Notes under the pieces: model-generated
Database searches by the model: none
Told to the model about the DNA's origin: nothing
What the model saw: only the letters and a program-made list of their open reading frames with translations
Position numbers and translations under genes: made by a program
Shown here: piece after piece, positions 43,156-55,300 of the stretch
Layout of the letters: every line of letters starts with the position of its first letter
Numbering within the stretch: position 1 is the stretch's first letter
Assembly (NCBI GenBank): GCA_963815195.1
Contig: CAWFGE010000004.1
Location: 59,451-123,450 of the forward strand
Length of the DNA stretch: 64,000 bases
Source: an uncultured Planctomycetaceae bacterium
Lineage (GTDB): Bacteria; Planctomycetota; Planctomycetia; Planctomycetales; Planctomycetaceae
Direction: 5' to 3'

Positions 43156-45123
43156 ATGCGCGATTTTTCCCTTCGTCCATTTTGCCTTCTCTTCGTGCTC
43201 GCCATTTCCCAATCGCCCCGGTTGTTCGCGGAGGATGCAAAAGACGTCGCCGCCTTGAAAAAAGAAGCCGACGCCTCGCTTGAACAGAAAACCGCGGCGG
43301 AAAAATCGCTCAAAGCGCTCGAAGACGAACAAACGGCCCTCAAAACGAAGTTGATCCAAACCAAGGCGGCCCCCGCCCAGGCCAAGCGGACGCAAACCGA
43401 AGCGGAAGCGGCTCTCAAAAAACAGCAGGAAGAGCTCAAAAAAGCCCAAGCCGCCCGGGACGCCGCCAAAAAAACGGCAGAGGACGCGGCGAAAAAAGCC
43501 GAGGCCGCCGAGCAGGCCGCCAAGGACAAGCCCGACGACAAACCCGCCGCCGAAGCTTTGCAGAAAGGCAACGAGGAAAAAGCCAAAGCCGACGCCGCGC
43601 TCGCCGAGAAGGAAAAGGCGTTTCAGACCGCAGAAGCCGCGGCGAAAGAATCGGAGCAAAAAATCGCCGCGGCCAAAGAGACGATCGCCAAAGCCCCGGA
43701 GCAAACCAAAGCCGTCGAGCAGGAACTCGCCGCCCTCGATCCCAAACTCGCCGACGCCCAGAAGAACCTGGAAACGATCTCGGCGGATTGGCTGGGGAAA
43801 CAAAAAGCGGTCGAGGCGAACTTGATCGCCGCGGGCCAGATGGTGTCGTTCTCCGAAACGATCGCTCCGATCTTCGCCAAGCGCTGCCTGGCCTGCCACA
43901 ACGCCCGCACCGCAAAAGGCCGGCTGAACATGGAAACCTTCGCCGCGCTGAAGAAGGGCGGAGAATCGGGAGCCGTCTTGGAGCCGGGGGATCCGGATTC
44001 CTCCAATCTTTACATCCTGATCGACGATGGCTCGATGCCCAAAGATGCCGACCCCTTGACCAACGAAGAAAAATCCAGCGTGAAAAAATGGATCAGCACC
44101 GGCGGCCAGCTCGACGCCGGCAAAGACGCCGAGGCTCCGTTGATTGCCATCATGCCCAAACTCCCGCAGCCCCTGCCGCCGGAGACGTACCGCGTGCCGA
44201 TTCCGGTGACGGCCCTCGCCTTTTCGCCCGACGGCAAGCTGCTCGCCAGTTCCGGCTACCATGAAATCCTGCTCTGGAACCCCGACGACGGCAAACTCGT
44301 CCGCCGGATCACCAACGTCGCCGAGCGGGTTTATGATCTGAAATTCAGTAGTGACGGCAAAACCCTCGCCGCCGCCGCGGGCACCCCGGCCCAGATCGGT
44401 GAACTGAAACTCTTTAACGTAGAAGACGGCAAACTGCTGGGGGATTTTGGCGTCAGCGATGATGCGTTCTTCGCCGTCGCTTGGAGTCCCGATGGCAAGA
44501 AACTCGCTTCCGCCGGGGCGGACCGCACGATCCGCGTGTTCGACATCGCCACCGGTAAGGAAGAACTCTCCATCGAAGACCACGCCGACTGGGTGATGGG
44601 CCTCGCCTATAGTCCCGATGGGACCAAGCTCGCCTCCGCCAGCCGGGACAAAACCGCCAAGGTGTTCGATGCGAAAACTGGCGATTCGCTCGTCACGTTC
44701 AACGGCCACGGCGATTCCGTGTACGGCGTCGCCTTCACGCCCGACGGCAAGCAGGTCGTCACCTCGGGAGCGGACAAGCAAATCCGCATCTGGAACGTCG
44801 GAGACGCCAAGGAAGCCCGCAAGATCGGCGGCTTCGGCGGCGACATCTTCCACTTGGAAGTCACCAAAGACGGCGACGTTTTCACCGCCTGCGCCGACAA
44901 AAACGCCCGCCAGCACAAGCTCAGTAACGGCCAAGCCCTCAAAACCTACAGCGGCCACGCCGACTGGGTCTATGCGGTCGCCTCGAGCCCCGCTGTCAAC
45001 AAAGCCGCCACCGGCACCTACAACGGCCAGATCCACATTTTCAATACGCAAGACGGCAAGCAACTTCTGAGCTTCACCGCCGCCCCGGGGCTGGAACAAC
45101 CCAAAGAAGCGGCCGCGAAGTAA
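43156..45123 (+). CDS. Secreted coiled-coil + planctomycete cytochrome c + WD40 protein
   Basis: Signal peptide, K/A/E-rich coil, VSF...IAPIF..RCLACH, MP motif and about seven WD40 repeats. Confidence 0.85.
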   Translation: MRDFSLRPFCLLFVLAISQSPRLFAEDAKDVAALKKEADASLEQKTAAEKSLKALEDEQTALKTKLIQTKAAPAQAKRTQTEAEAALKKQQEELKKAQAARDAAKKTAEDAAKKAEAAEQAAKDKPDDKPAAEALQKGNEEKAKADAALAEKEKAFQTAEAAAKESEQKIAAAKETIAKAPEQTKAVEQELAALDPKLADAQKNLETISADWLGKQKAVEANLIAAGQMVSFSETIAPIFAKRCLACHNARTAKGRLNMETFAALKKGGESGAVLEPGDPDSSNLYILIDDGSMPKDADPLTNEEKSSVKKWISTGGQLDAGKDAEAPLIAIMPKLPQPLPPETYRVPIPVTALAFSPDGKLLASSGYHEILLWNPDDGKLVRRITNVAERVYDLKFSSDGKTLAAAAGTPAQIGELKLFNVEDGKLLGDFGVSDDAFFAVAWSPDGKKLASAGADRTIRVFDIATGKEELSIEDHADWVMGLAYSPDGTKLASASRDKTAKVFDAKTGDSLVTFNGHGDSVYGVAFTPDGKQVVTSGADKQIRIWNVGDAKEARKIGGFGGDIFHLEVTKDGDVFTACADKNARQHKLSNGQALKTYSGHADWVYAVASSPAVNKAATGTYNGQIHIFNTQDGKQLLSFTAAPGLEQPKEAAAK

Positions 45124-45143
45124 TCGTCGTCGCAGAGCGAGAG

Positions 45144-46079
45144 ATGGCGAGAGAACCGTATCTCATTCGGCTTGCCGAGCGCCTGTTTTCGGGATGGGCC
45201 GGGGCCGATGCCGCGCGCAAAGGTCGGCATCGGGATTTTATTCTCGCGCATCAGATGCCGGACGGCGGATTTCGCGGGCGCGAAGGCGATTCCGATTTGT
45301 ACTACACGAGTTTCGCGGTCCGCGGATTGGCGATGCTGGGGGCGCTCGATGTGGAGGCGGCTGGCCGCATCGGGCGGTTCTTGGGATCGTTCGAGCCGCT
45401 GCGGTTGAGTCTGGTCGATTTGCTCAGTTGGCTTTCGACCTCGGTGGCCGTCCAACTGGCGGGCGGTCCGGTTCCCAAAGAGGCGGAAGAGCCCGGCTGG
45501 GCCGCGCGGATTGCCGAGCGATTGGAGAGCGTCCGCACGTCGGACGGCGGCTATGCGAAAAGCCCCGAAGGAGCCGCGGGCAGCACGTATCAATCCTTTC
45601 TCGTGACGCTGAGTTACGAACTGATCGGTCTGCCGCTGCCGAGGACCAACGCGTTGGTGCAGTTTTTGTACGATCGGCAGCGGGACGACGGCGGGTTCGT
45701 GGAAATCGCACCGATGAAACGCAGCGGAACAAATCCCACCGCGGCGGCGGCGGCGGTGCTGACGATGATTGACGCCATGGACGACGAACTGCGAGCCGAC
45801 GTGCGGGAGTTTCTTTTCAGCGTCAAAAGCGATGAGGGCGGGTTTCAAGCGAACACGCGTATCCCCTTTGCCGACGGCCTGTCCACGTTTACGGGGCTAT
45901 TGACGCTTTTGGATCTCGAAATTCCCGATGTGCTTGATCTCAAACGGGTTCGGGACTATCTGACCGGCTGGCTGGAATTCCCCACGGGCGGATTTCGCGG
46001 GGCCAGTTGGGACGAGCAAGCGGACGTCGAATACACGTTTTACGGCCTGGGCACGCTCGCGCTTTTGCCGTCCCCATAG
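45144..46079 (+). CDS. Prenyltransferase/squalene-oxidase-repeat protein (GGTase beta-like)
   Basis: Repeated Q..DGGF motifs, SDLYYT.FA, AD.EYTFYGLG.L. Confidence 0.82.
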   Translation: MAREPYLIRLAERLFSGWAGADAARKGRHRDFILAHQMPDGGFRGREGDSDLYYTSFAVRGLAMLGALDVEAAGRIGRFLGSFEPLRLSLVDLLSWLSTSVAVQLAGGPVPKEAEEPGWAARIAERLESVRTSDGGYAKSPEGAAGSTYQSFLVTLSYELIGLPLPRTNALVQFLYDRQRDDGGFVEIAPMKRSGTNPTAAAAAVLTMIDAMDDELRADVREFLFSVKSDEGGFQANTRIPFADGLSTFTGLLTLLDLEIPDVLDLKRVRDYLTGWLEFPTGGFRGASWDEQADVEYTFYGLGTLALLPSP

Positions 46080-46304
46080 CTTGGGCCGCGAGCGGTCGGA
46101 CAGTTTCCGCAGGGGCGGTTCGTGGAATCTCCTTAAGGAGGTTCCCGATTGGGTGTTGCAAATGGTCAGTGGGCGCGTTAGAACCGTTAAAGTTTTTGCA
46201 ATACGCAAAACTGTCTAAACTGCGCATTTTCACTATTTTCTCCCGCGATGTTCCCAATCACCATGCGTGTTCGGGCCTTGTTGAACCTCTAGGAGACCGC
46301 CCCA

Positions 46305-49300
46305 ATGTTGCTGGCTCACTGGTTGTCGTCCTTGTTTTCCGGAACGCCGATTTCTCGGAAGGTCCGCTCTCGATTGGTTCGGGCATCGGTTTCACATCGG
46401 AAACAGAGCCGCTCTCTTTGTTGGAATCAGGCGGAGGTGCTTGAAGACCGCACGCTGTTAAGCGGTGCTGCGATCACGCAGCTTTCGAATGCGACGGATG
46501 CCGCCAACGATTTCAGCACGTCGCCTTCGGTGAATGCGGACGGCACTCTTGTTGCCTTCGAGTCGACCGCCGATCTCACCGGCCAGAATGCGGACGGGCG
46601 TTATCAAATCTTCTTGTTCCAGGCCGAGGTGGGCCTGACCCAAATCACGAACGACGCCACGGCCGACAGTTTAGGGGCGTCCATTTCGGATGACGGCACG
46701 AAAATCACATTTGCTTCGGACGGGAACTTCGCGAACCAGAACGCGGATGGAAGTTTCGAGCTCTTTCTGTACGAAGTCGGGCAGGGATTCACCCAGTTGA
46801 CGAACGTCGCCTCGCCGAGCGGCGGGAACGCGGGCGCGGGCGACCTCAGCGCCGACGGGTCCCACATCGCCTTCATTTCCGATGCGGACTACACGGGCGG
46901 CAACGCCGACCACAACGACGAGGTTTTCGTGCTGGACATCGCCACGTCCACGTTCACGCAGGTCACATCGTCCACGGGATCGCTCAATTTCACCGCCCCG
47001 CAGATTAGCGCGGATGGGCAGCGGGTGACGTTCTCTTCCGACGTGGACCTTCTCGGGCAAAATGCGGACGGCAACGATGAGGTCTTCCTCTACGACCAGA
47101 CCGCCGGCCTGTCGCAAATCACGTCGGGTCCAACATTCGACAGCTTCGGCCCCACGATCAGCGGCGACGGCACCCGGATCGCATTCGACTCGCGGGAAAA
47201 TTTTGTCGGGAACAACGCGGACACTTCCACCGAGATATATTTCTACGACACGACCACCGCGACATTCACCCAGGTCACGGCCACGAACGACACCAGCTTC
47301 GCCCCCTTGATCAGCGGCGACGGGAAGGCGATCGTCTTTCAGTCGTATGCCGATCTCACGGGCGAAAACAGCCAATCCATCGGCGAGCTGTTTCTGTACC
47401 GCGAAGGGCAGGGATTCCTCCAGGTCACGAATGAGGATTCCACCTTCGAGGACAGCTACGCCACGAGCATCAATCGGAACGGAACTCGCATCGGCTACGA
47501 TGCGCAAGGCAATCCGACGGGAATGAACGCGGACGGCAGTTTCGAAGCCTTCGTGGCCGCCACGGGCCATCTGATCGTCGACACCACCGATGACACAAGC
47601 AACGGTAACTACTCGATCGGCGACCTCTCGCTGCGGGAGGCCATTGCACTTTCCAACATGAACCCCGACGCGAATACCATCACTTTCGATGGGGGATTGT
47701 CGGGCGAGACGATTACCCTCACCGGCGGGGCGCTCGACGTCATCAGCGAGGATCTGACGATCACGGGCCTGGGAGCCGACAATCTCACAATCAGCGGGAA
47801 CAACGCGGCTCGCGTCTTTCAGATTGGTTCGTCCACCACCGGAACGGTTACCGCGGCCGTGAGCGGACTGACGATCGCCGACGGAAATGCTTCGAACGGT
47901 GCGGGAATTTTGAATTTTGGTGGCCATTTGACCGTCCGCGGGAGCATTCTCACGGGCAATTCCACCACCAGCGTGGGCGGCGCGATCCGGAACACGTCAG
48001 GCGGAACCCTGGAGGTTTATGCCAGCACTTTTGAAAACAATGCTGCCGCCAATAAGGGAGGCGCGATCATCAACACGACCGACGGGGGAACCGTCCTGGT
48101 CGATGGCAGCACATTCATGGGAAATCACGCGACCGACGCCCGGACGGACAACGGGGGCGGGGCCATTACCCAAGAAAGCACCACGGGGACCGTCACCGTC
48201 CGCAACAGCACGCTCACCCAAAACGTGAGCGGAAAAGCGGGCGGGGCGATTCTGGCGGCGGCCGGCACGACGCTCATCGTCGTGAACAGCACCATCACAC
48301 AGAACAGTGCGGCGGTTGCCGGGAACGGCGGCGGCGGCATCTGGGCCGCCGGGACGGGCACGCATGCAACGCTCGTCAATACCATCGTCGCGGGGAATAC
48401 CGCCGGTGCGGGCTCCGCTCCGAATGATATTAGCGGGACGGTCGAAACCGCCTTCAACAACCTCATCGGCGATGCGAACACGTCCGGCGGGATCACCGAC
48501 GGAATCAATGGAAACATCGCCGGCATCGCCGGGAGCGGGACGCGACATCAACACCGTCCTCAACACGACGCTGGCCGAAAACGGCGGACCGACGAAAACC
48601 TTAGCGCTCGCGGCCAACAGTCCCGCCCTCGATGCGGGCGACAAAAACCGCGCCACTGTGGACGGAAGCACGGAATCGACGGCGCTCACGACCGACCAGC
48701 GCGGCACCCCGTTCGCCCGCATTTCTAGCGGCACCGCCAATATCGGGGCGTATGAAGTCCAGACATTTGATCTCACGGTGGACAATGCCGGCGACGCGAG
48801 CGACGGCGATTACTCGACGGGCCAACTCACCCTCCGCGAGGCAATTGAATTGACCGATGCCAATCCCGGTGCCGACTCCGTCACTTTTGCCGGGAGCCTC
48901 TCCGGACAAACCATCACGCTCAGCGGTCCGCTCACCGTCACGGATGATGTAACGATCGCGGGCTTGGGGGCGGATCAGCTCACGATCAGCGGCAACCACG
49001 CTTCGCAGATTTTTCTGGTTGACGATAGCAATGCCGGAACGCAAATCGACGTGACGCTTTCCGGGCTGACGCTGACCGACGGCATGGGAGGCCGTGGCGG
49101 AGCGATCTTTAACGCCGAGAATCTGATCCTGAAAGACAGCATGCTCCAGCAGAACACAGCGACCGCTTCCGGAGGCGGCGTTTTCACGGCCAACGGGAGC
49201 ACGCTGGTGGTGTTGGGAAGCACGCTGTCTCAAAACGCAGCCGGCATCGCGGGGGGCGGGATCTTCGCCGAGGGTGGAAGCAGTACCAAACTCATCAACA

Positions 49301-52300
49301 GCACCTTTTCGCAAAACGCGGCCAATGGCGACGGCGGCGGAATCTACAGCGAAGCCGGCAGCGCAGCTTTTGGTCACGAACGGCACCATCACCAAAAACA
49401 CGGCGGACGCGGACGACGCCACGGCCGCCGAAAGCTCCACCGGCGGCGGAGTTTTCGCGGGCGGAGCGGTCACGCTCAATAACAGCATCGTCGCCGGCAA
49501 CTTCGTCGATGCCGGGGCCAGTCGAACGCCCAACGACATTTTTGGAGCCCTCACCGCGGCAAATAACAACCTCGTCGGCGATCCCGCTTCCGCCGGCGGG
49601 CTGACGAACGGGATGACCGGCACCATTGTAGGCCAGGATGACGGTGTCGGCGGGCGCGAGCTGCTCGACATCAACACCGTGCTCAACGCCACCCTCGCCG
49701 ACAACGGCGGGCCGACTCTGACGCATGCCCTGCTTGCGAGTGGCCCGGCCGTTGACGCGGGGAACAATACCTTCGCCGTGGATGACCTGTCGCAACCCTT
49801 GCAGTTCGATCAGCGCGGCTCCGGTTTCCCGCGGATTAATACAACCGTCAATATCGGAGCGTACGAATACAAAAAGCCAGTCGCGTCGGCCATGAACGGC
49901 GGCAATCTCGAAATTACGGGGACGGGCAATCAGGATGCGATTTCCCTCACCACGGACGGCACGAGACTGTTCATCAACGACGGCGTCAGCGTGCAAACGG
50001 TTCTCGTGGCGGACATCACGGGGAAGACGGTCGTCATCAACGGCGGCGACGGAAACGATGCGCTCACCGTGGACCTTTCCCTGAGAACCGCGGGCCTGAG
50101 CATCGTTTACGACGGCCAAGGCCAAGCCGGGACGCCGGGCGATTCGCTGGTGCTGACCGGCTCCGCCAGCAGCATCGAATATCTGTTTAACGATGCCCAC
50201 TCGGGCAGCGTGCAAGTGGACGGCAGCGGGACCGACTTCATCACCTACACCGGGCTCGAGCCGATCAACGGCCCCATTACTCCGTCGGCCGACATCACGC
50301 TGATTTATTCCGACGCCGAGAACGACAACATCGTCGTCACCGACGCCGGCGGCGGCAGCGGAAACATCACCGTCACCGCAACCAACACGGGAGAAACGGT
50401 GACTTTTGCGGCTCCCGCCAATTCGCTGACCATCCGCGGCGGCGGCGGGGATGACAGCATCACCGTCTCCTCTCTGCCGGCGGGTTTTTCCGCCCAGCTC
50501 ACGCTCGACGGCGAAGGCGGAACCGACAGCATTCAGGTGAACGCGAACCTCAATTTGGGGGCGAACGCTCTTTCCCTCTCGGCGGAAACGATTCAGCAAG
50601 GCAGCGGCGTTTCCATTGTCACCAGCGGATTGACGACCCTGGACGCTGGGGCCGCGGGGACGATCACGCTGGCGGAACCCGGCAACGACTTCGGCACCGT
50701 CACGATCATCAACGCGGGCACCGCATCGCTTAGGGATGCGAACGCCATCGTGCTCGGCGCGGTGAACGTTGCCAACGACTTTTCGGTGACGGCCGGCGCC
50801 GGCATCAACGAAGCGGCGGCGACCGGAAACATCATCCACGCCGGCGGCAACATGGTGTTTAACGTCAACGGGGACATCGGCACCAGCGGAACCAACGGCG
50901 CCCTCGACGTCGAAGTCGGCGGCACGTTGCGGATCGATACCAACGACAACAACGTCTACATCACCTCCGATCAAAACCTGGCCGTCTCGCGGATTTTCGA
51001 CAATTCTTCCGGCGCGTCCAACAACATCGTCTTGAGCACCACGAGCACCGCCGGCCTCTCCCTCACCGGGGCCGACGGCTACAGCACCTCGATGGAGAAC
51101 TTCCATCTCAACACCGAGACGGGGGATCTTTCGATCCTCACCACGAACCTCGCCGGCAACGCGTTCGACCTCGGCACGACCACCGGGAACGTGGTCGTGA
51201 ACGCCGGCCTTGCGACTCGCGACGTTTCTTCGGCGGGGAACGTGACCACGGGAAGCATCAACATCAGCGCGGGCGGCACGGTGACCGGCACCGGCGGTCT
51301 CGCGACCGGGAATGCCGTCTCCACCGACGGCGGAGCCGCGCGCGAACGGCGGCGTCCGGATCGATTGGGATCACGGCGGGCGGGCCGGCGGCTCAAGGGA
51401 TTCAGTTGGGCACGCTGACGACGGGAGAGGCCACGGTCAGCGGAGCCGACGGCAACGACACCGCCAATGCAGGATCGATCAATCTCACCGCCAGCGCCGG
51501 CGACGTCGGCACGAGTTCCGGGACTCCGCAAGCCGTCCGCATCGGCACGCCGTCGGCGGATGCGGCCAATGCGGGAACGTTGAGCGTCACGGCCGGCGGC
51601 AGCAATATCTTCATCAGTTCGCCATCTGATCTCATCGTGTCCCACCTGGCCACGGCCGCCAACCAAACCGACGCCGTCGATCTCCGCACCACAAACAACG
51701 CCTCGCTGACGCTCACCGGCACCGGCGGCTATGTGAACCTCGACGATGGCGGAGACGGAGGCGACGACGGCGACAATGTTCGGCTCGATGCCGATGGAAC
51801 GCTGACAATTCAAACCACTCCGATCGAAGCCCGCTCGTTCGATTTATCCTCCAACGGCGGTTCGATCGAACTGAATGCCAATGTGACCTTCGACGCTTCG
51901 CTCACCGCGTTGGCGGGTGCCATTCACAACACGGCCGCGGTCTCCGGGAAAGGCGACCTCGCGATCACGGCCGACGATATGGACCTCGCGGCCGGCTCGT
52001 CGATCGACGTCGGCGGCCATCTCGTCACGCTCCAGCAGCGGACGAATGGATTCAACATCGACCTCGGCACCGAAACGGCGAGCAAACTTTCGCTGACCAA
52101 TACCGAGCTCAACACGATCACCGCCGGCACCATGCAAGTCGGCAACACGAATACGGGCGACGTGGCCGTCAGCAGCGCAATCACCATTACGCCTAACCTG
52201 TCGATCACCTCTGGAACCATTGCGGTCAACGCCGGCGTGATGGCAAACGCCGCGACGCTGACGCATACCGGCACGCTCGACACCAACGCCGCAGGCGATT

Positions 52301-55300
52301 TTCAATTGGGCGGAATGTTCTTGGAGCAAGGCGGCGGCGCGGTCCAGCTTTCGGGCGACATCACCACGACGGGCGACGACATTACCTTCACCGATGCCGT
52401 CACACTGACCGCGGATGTCGCGTTGAATACCGGCGCGGCGCGGGGAACGTCAACTTCAACAGCACGCTGAACGAGGACGGCGGCGGAAGCACCCGGAATC
52501 TGTCGATCACCACCGACCAAGGCGACGCCAGCTTTGCCGGCGCGGTCGGCGATACGACGGCACTGCAATCGATCAGCGTCAACAGCGCCAACTTCGTCTC
52601 CTTTGCCAGCACGGTCCGCGTGTTCGACGCTCTCAGCCTCAAGGCGGTCGAGATCGATTTTGGCGGCGGAGCCAATTCGGTCAGCACCACGAACAGCGGC
52701 ACGCTCGTCCTCGCGCTTGTCGATCCGGCTCAAGACATCGTGGTGGGCGGCACCGCGGACAGCGGCGCGGCCCTGGACATCACCGACGCCGACCTCGACT
52801 CGCTCATGGATGGGTTTTCGGAAATCACCATCGGCGACGAAGCCGCGGGCACCGGGGCGGTCACGGTTCTGTCTTCCACCTTCCGCGATTTTATCACCAT
52901 CGCCGGCGGTTCGATTTCCGTCACCCAACTCGATGCCGGGGCGAATAATGTCTCGGTCGTCGCCCGCACGGGGGCGATCGCCGATGGAGGCGATAGCGGA
53001 GCCGACATCACCGGCGGCATTTTGAAACTGGATTCCCAGACCGGCGTCGGCGCTTCCGGCGATGAGCTTTCCACCGCCGTCAGCACCCTCGCGGCTCGCG
53101 TGCAGTCGGGAATCGGAGGTCTATTTGTTTCGAACACGGGATCATTGGCGGTCGGCACCGCCGACGGTCTCAGCGGCGCGATCACGCAAGGCGGCGATAT
53201 TGTTTTGACAGCCGGTATGGCCTTGAATGCGACCGATCCCATCGACTCCAACGGCGGCAACGTCCGCCTCACCGCCGCGGACGGCGTTTCCGTTTCGATG
53301 GTGGACACGAACGGAGGCGATTACACCATCGATGCCGACAGCAACGACGACGCCACCGGAACTTATACGCAAACCGAAACGGCCGCCGCAGCGGGCGGTG
53401 CCGTTTCCATTACCGTCGCGGATGTGATTCTCTCGGGCTTGCTCAGCGGTTCGAGCACGCTAATGCTCACGCCTTCAACTTCCGCCAGCACCCTCGGCAT
53501 CGGTGGTGCGGCGGCGGGCGATTTCAATCTGGACACGACCGACCTCGGCAATCTTCAAGATGGGTTTACGTCGATCACCGTCGGCGATACCGCGGCGGGA
53601 ACGGGGGCGGTCGATATCAACACCTCGATCTTCAACGATCCCGTCAGCGTCACGGGCGGCTCGATCGATGTCGCCGGTTTGAATGCGGGGACGAACGATG
53701 TCACGCTCACCGCGCGGAACAATGGCGTGATCAGTTCCCCGCCGGGAATCAGTCCCGACCAGGAGATCACGGGTGGCACGGTGACGCTGATCGGCCGGGT
53801 GTCGCCGGGCGGTTCGCCGGGGCGGTTCGACATCACCGCGAGTGTCAACGTGGTTCTCGATTCGTCCGACACGTTCGTCGTCGAGTTGAATGGAATCTTT
53901 GCCGGCTCGGAATACGATCAACTCAACGTCACAGGCAATGTCGATTTGGCCGGCGCGACGTTGGAGACCAGCCGGGCGTTGTCTTTCGTTCCCGGCGTGG
54001 GCACGGTGTTTACGATCGTGACCGCCACGGGGACTCGCAGCGGAACCTTTGCGGGGCTTGCGGACAATGACACGTTCCTGATTGGAGGCATCAACGTCCG
54101 GATCAATTACACCGCATCGTCGGTGACGCTGACCGTCCTCGCCCCGACCAAAGTCTTCGTGGACGACAATTTTCCCAATCCCACGGTGGGCGAAGATCCC
54201 GACGAAAACCCGAACGATCCCGGTACGCCGAACGTGCCCGGAACGCCGGCCGTCTTCGGCTACGACGCCTTCACCACCATTCAAGAGGGCGTCGATCAAG
54301 TGGCGCCGGGCGAAGCCGTGCGCATTGCCATCGGCATCTATCATGAGTCGGTGACGATCGGCAAGGATGTGACGCTCGACGGTTCCGGGCCCTTCACGCT
54401 CATCGATGCGGGAAACAGCGATGGAATCACGCTCGTCGATGGGGCCAATGCGGTCACCATCCAAAACCTGCGGATCACCCGCGCGTTCACGGGAATCGTG
54501 GACGCCAACAGCATGACAATGGCCAGCCTGGACCTGTCCAACCTGCTCATCGACGGTTCGACGCAGGGCGGGTTCCTGGATGGGATCGCCGCGTTGACCG
54601 TCACGCTGACCCCAGGCAGCGACACGGCGAACATCGACAACATCCAATTCAGCTCGAACAGTTTCCAGTCCATCGGCTATGCGAACGTGGGTGCGTTTCT
54701 GCTCGACGGCGGCGACGGCAGCGATACGTTCAATGTCGACCCGATTTCGAGCACCGCCCTGACGATCCAAGGCGGCAACCCGGTCCTCCCGGCCACTCCC
54801 GGCGACACGTTGAACTATGACGGTTCGGCGGACGTCAATGTCAGCGCACCGGGGAACGGCACTGTCGCGGGCGTGATATTCGATTCGATCGAGCGAGTCA
54901 ACACGGACAACCCGCCGCTGCTGTCCATTGCGGACATAGCCGTGACGGAAGGCGTGAATGCGAATGCGCAACTTGTCGTCACGCTGAGCCGCGCCGCGGT
55001 GCGGCCGGTGACGGTGAATGTCAGCACCGCCGATGGTTCGGCCCGCGCGGGCAGCGATTACATGTCGCTCAACCAAGTGGTGACGTTTGCCCCCGGTGAA
55101 CTTTCCGCGATGGTCCTAATCCCGATCATCCAAGACGACGTTGTGGAGGGCGCCGAGGATTTCAGCGTCCATTTGAGCAATGCCAACGGCGCTGGGATCG
55201 GCAAAGATTCCGCGACGGTCGGCGTGAATGATGATGATGGACCCGCGACGGTTTCGATCGCGGGGGTCGTCCAGAACGAAGGCGATGCGGGCGTGACGAC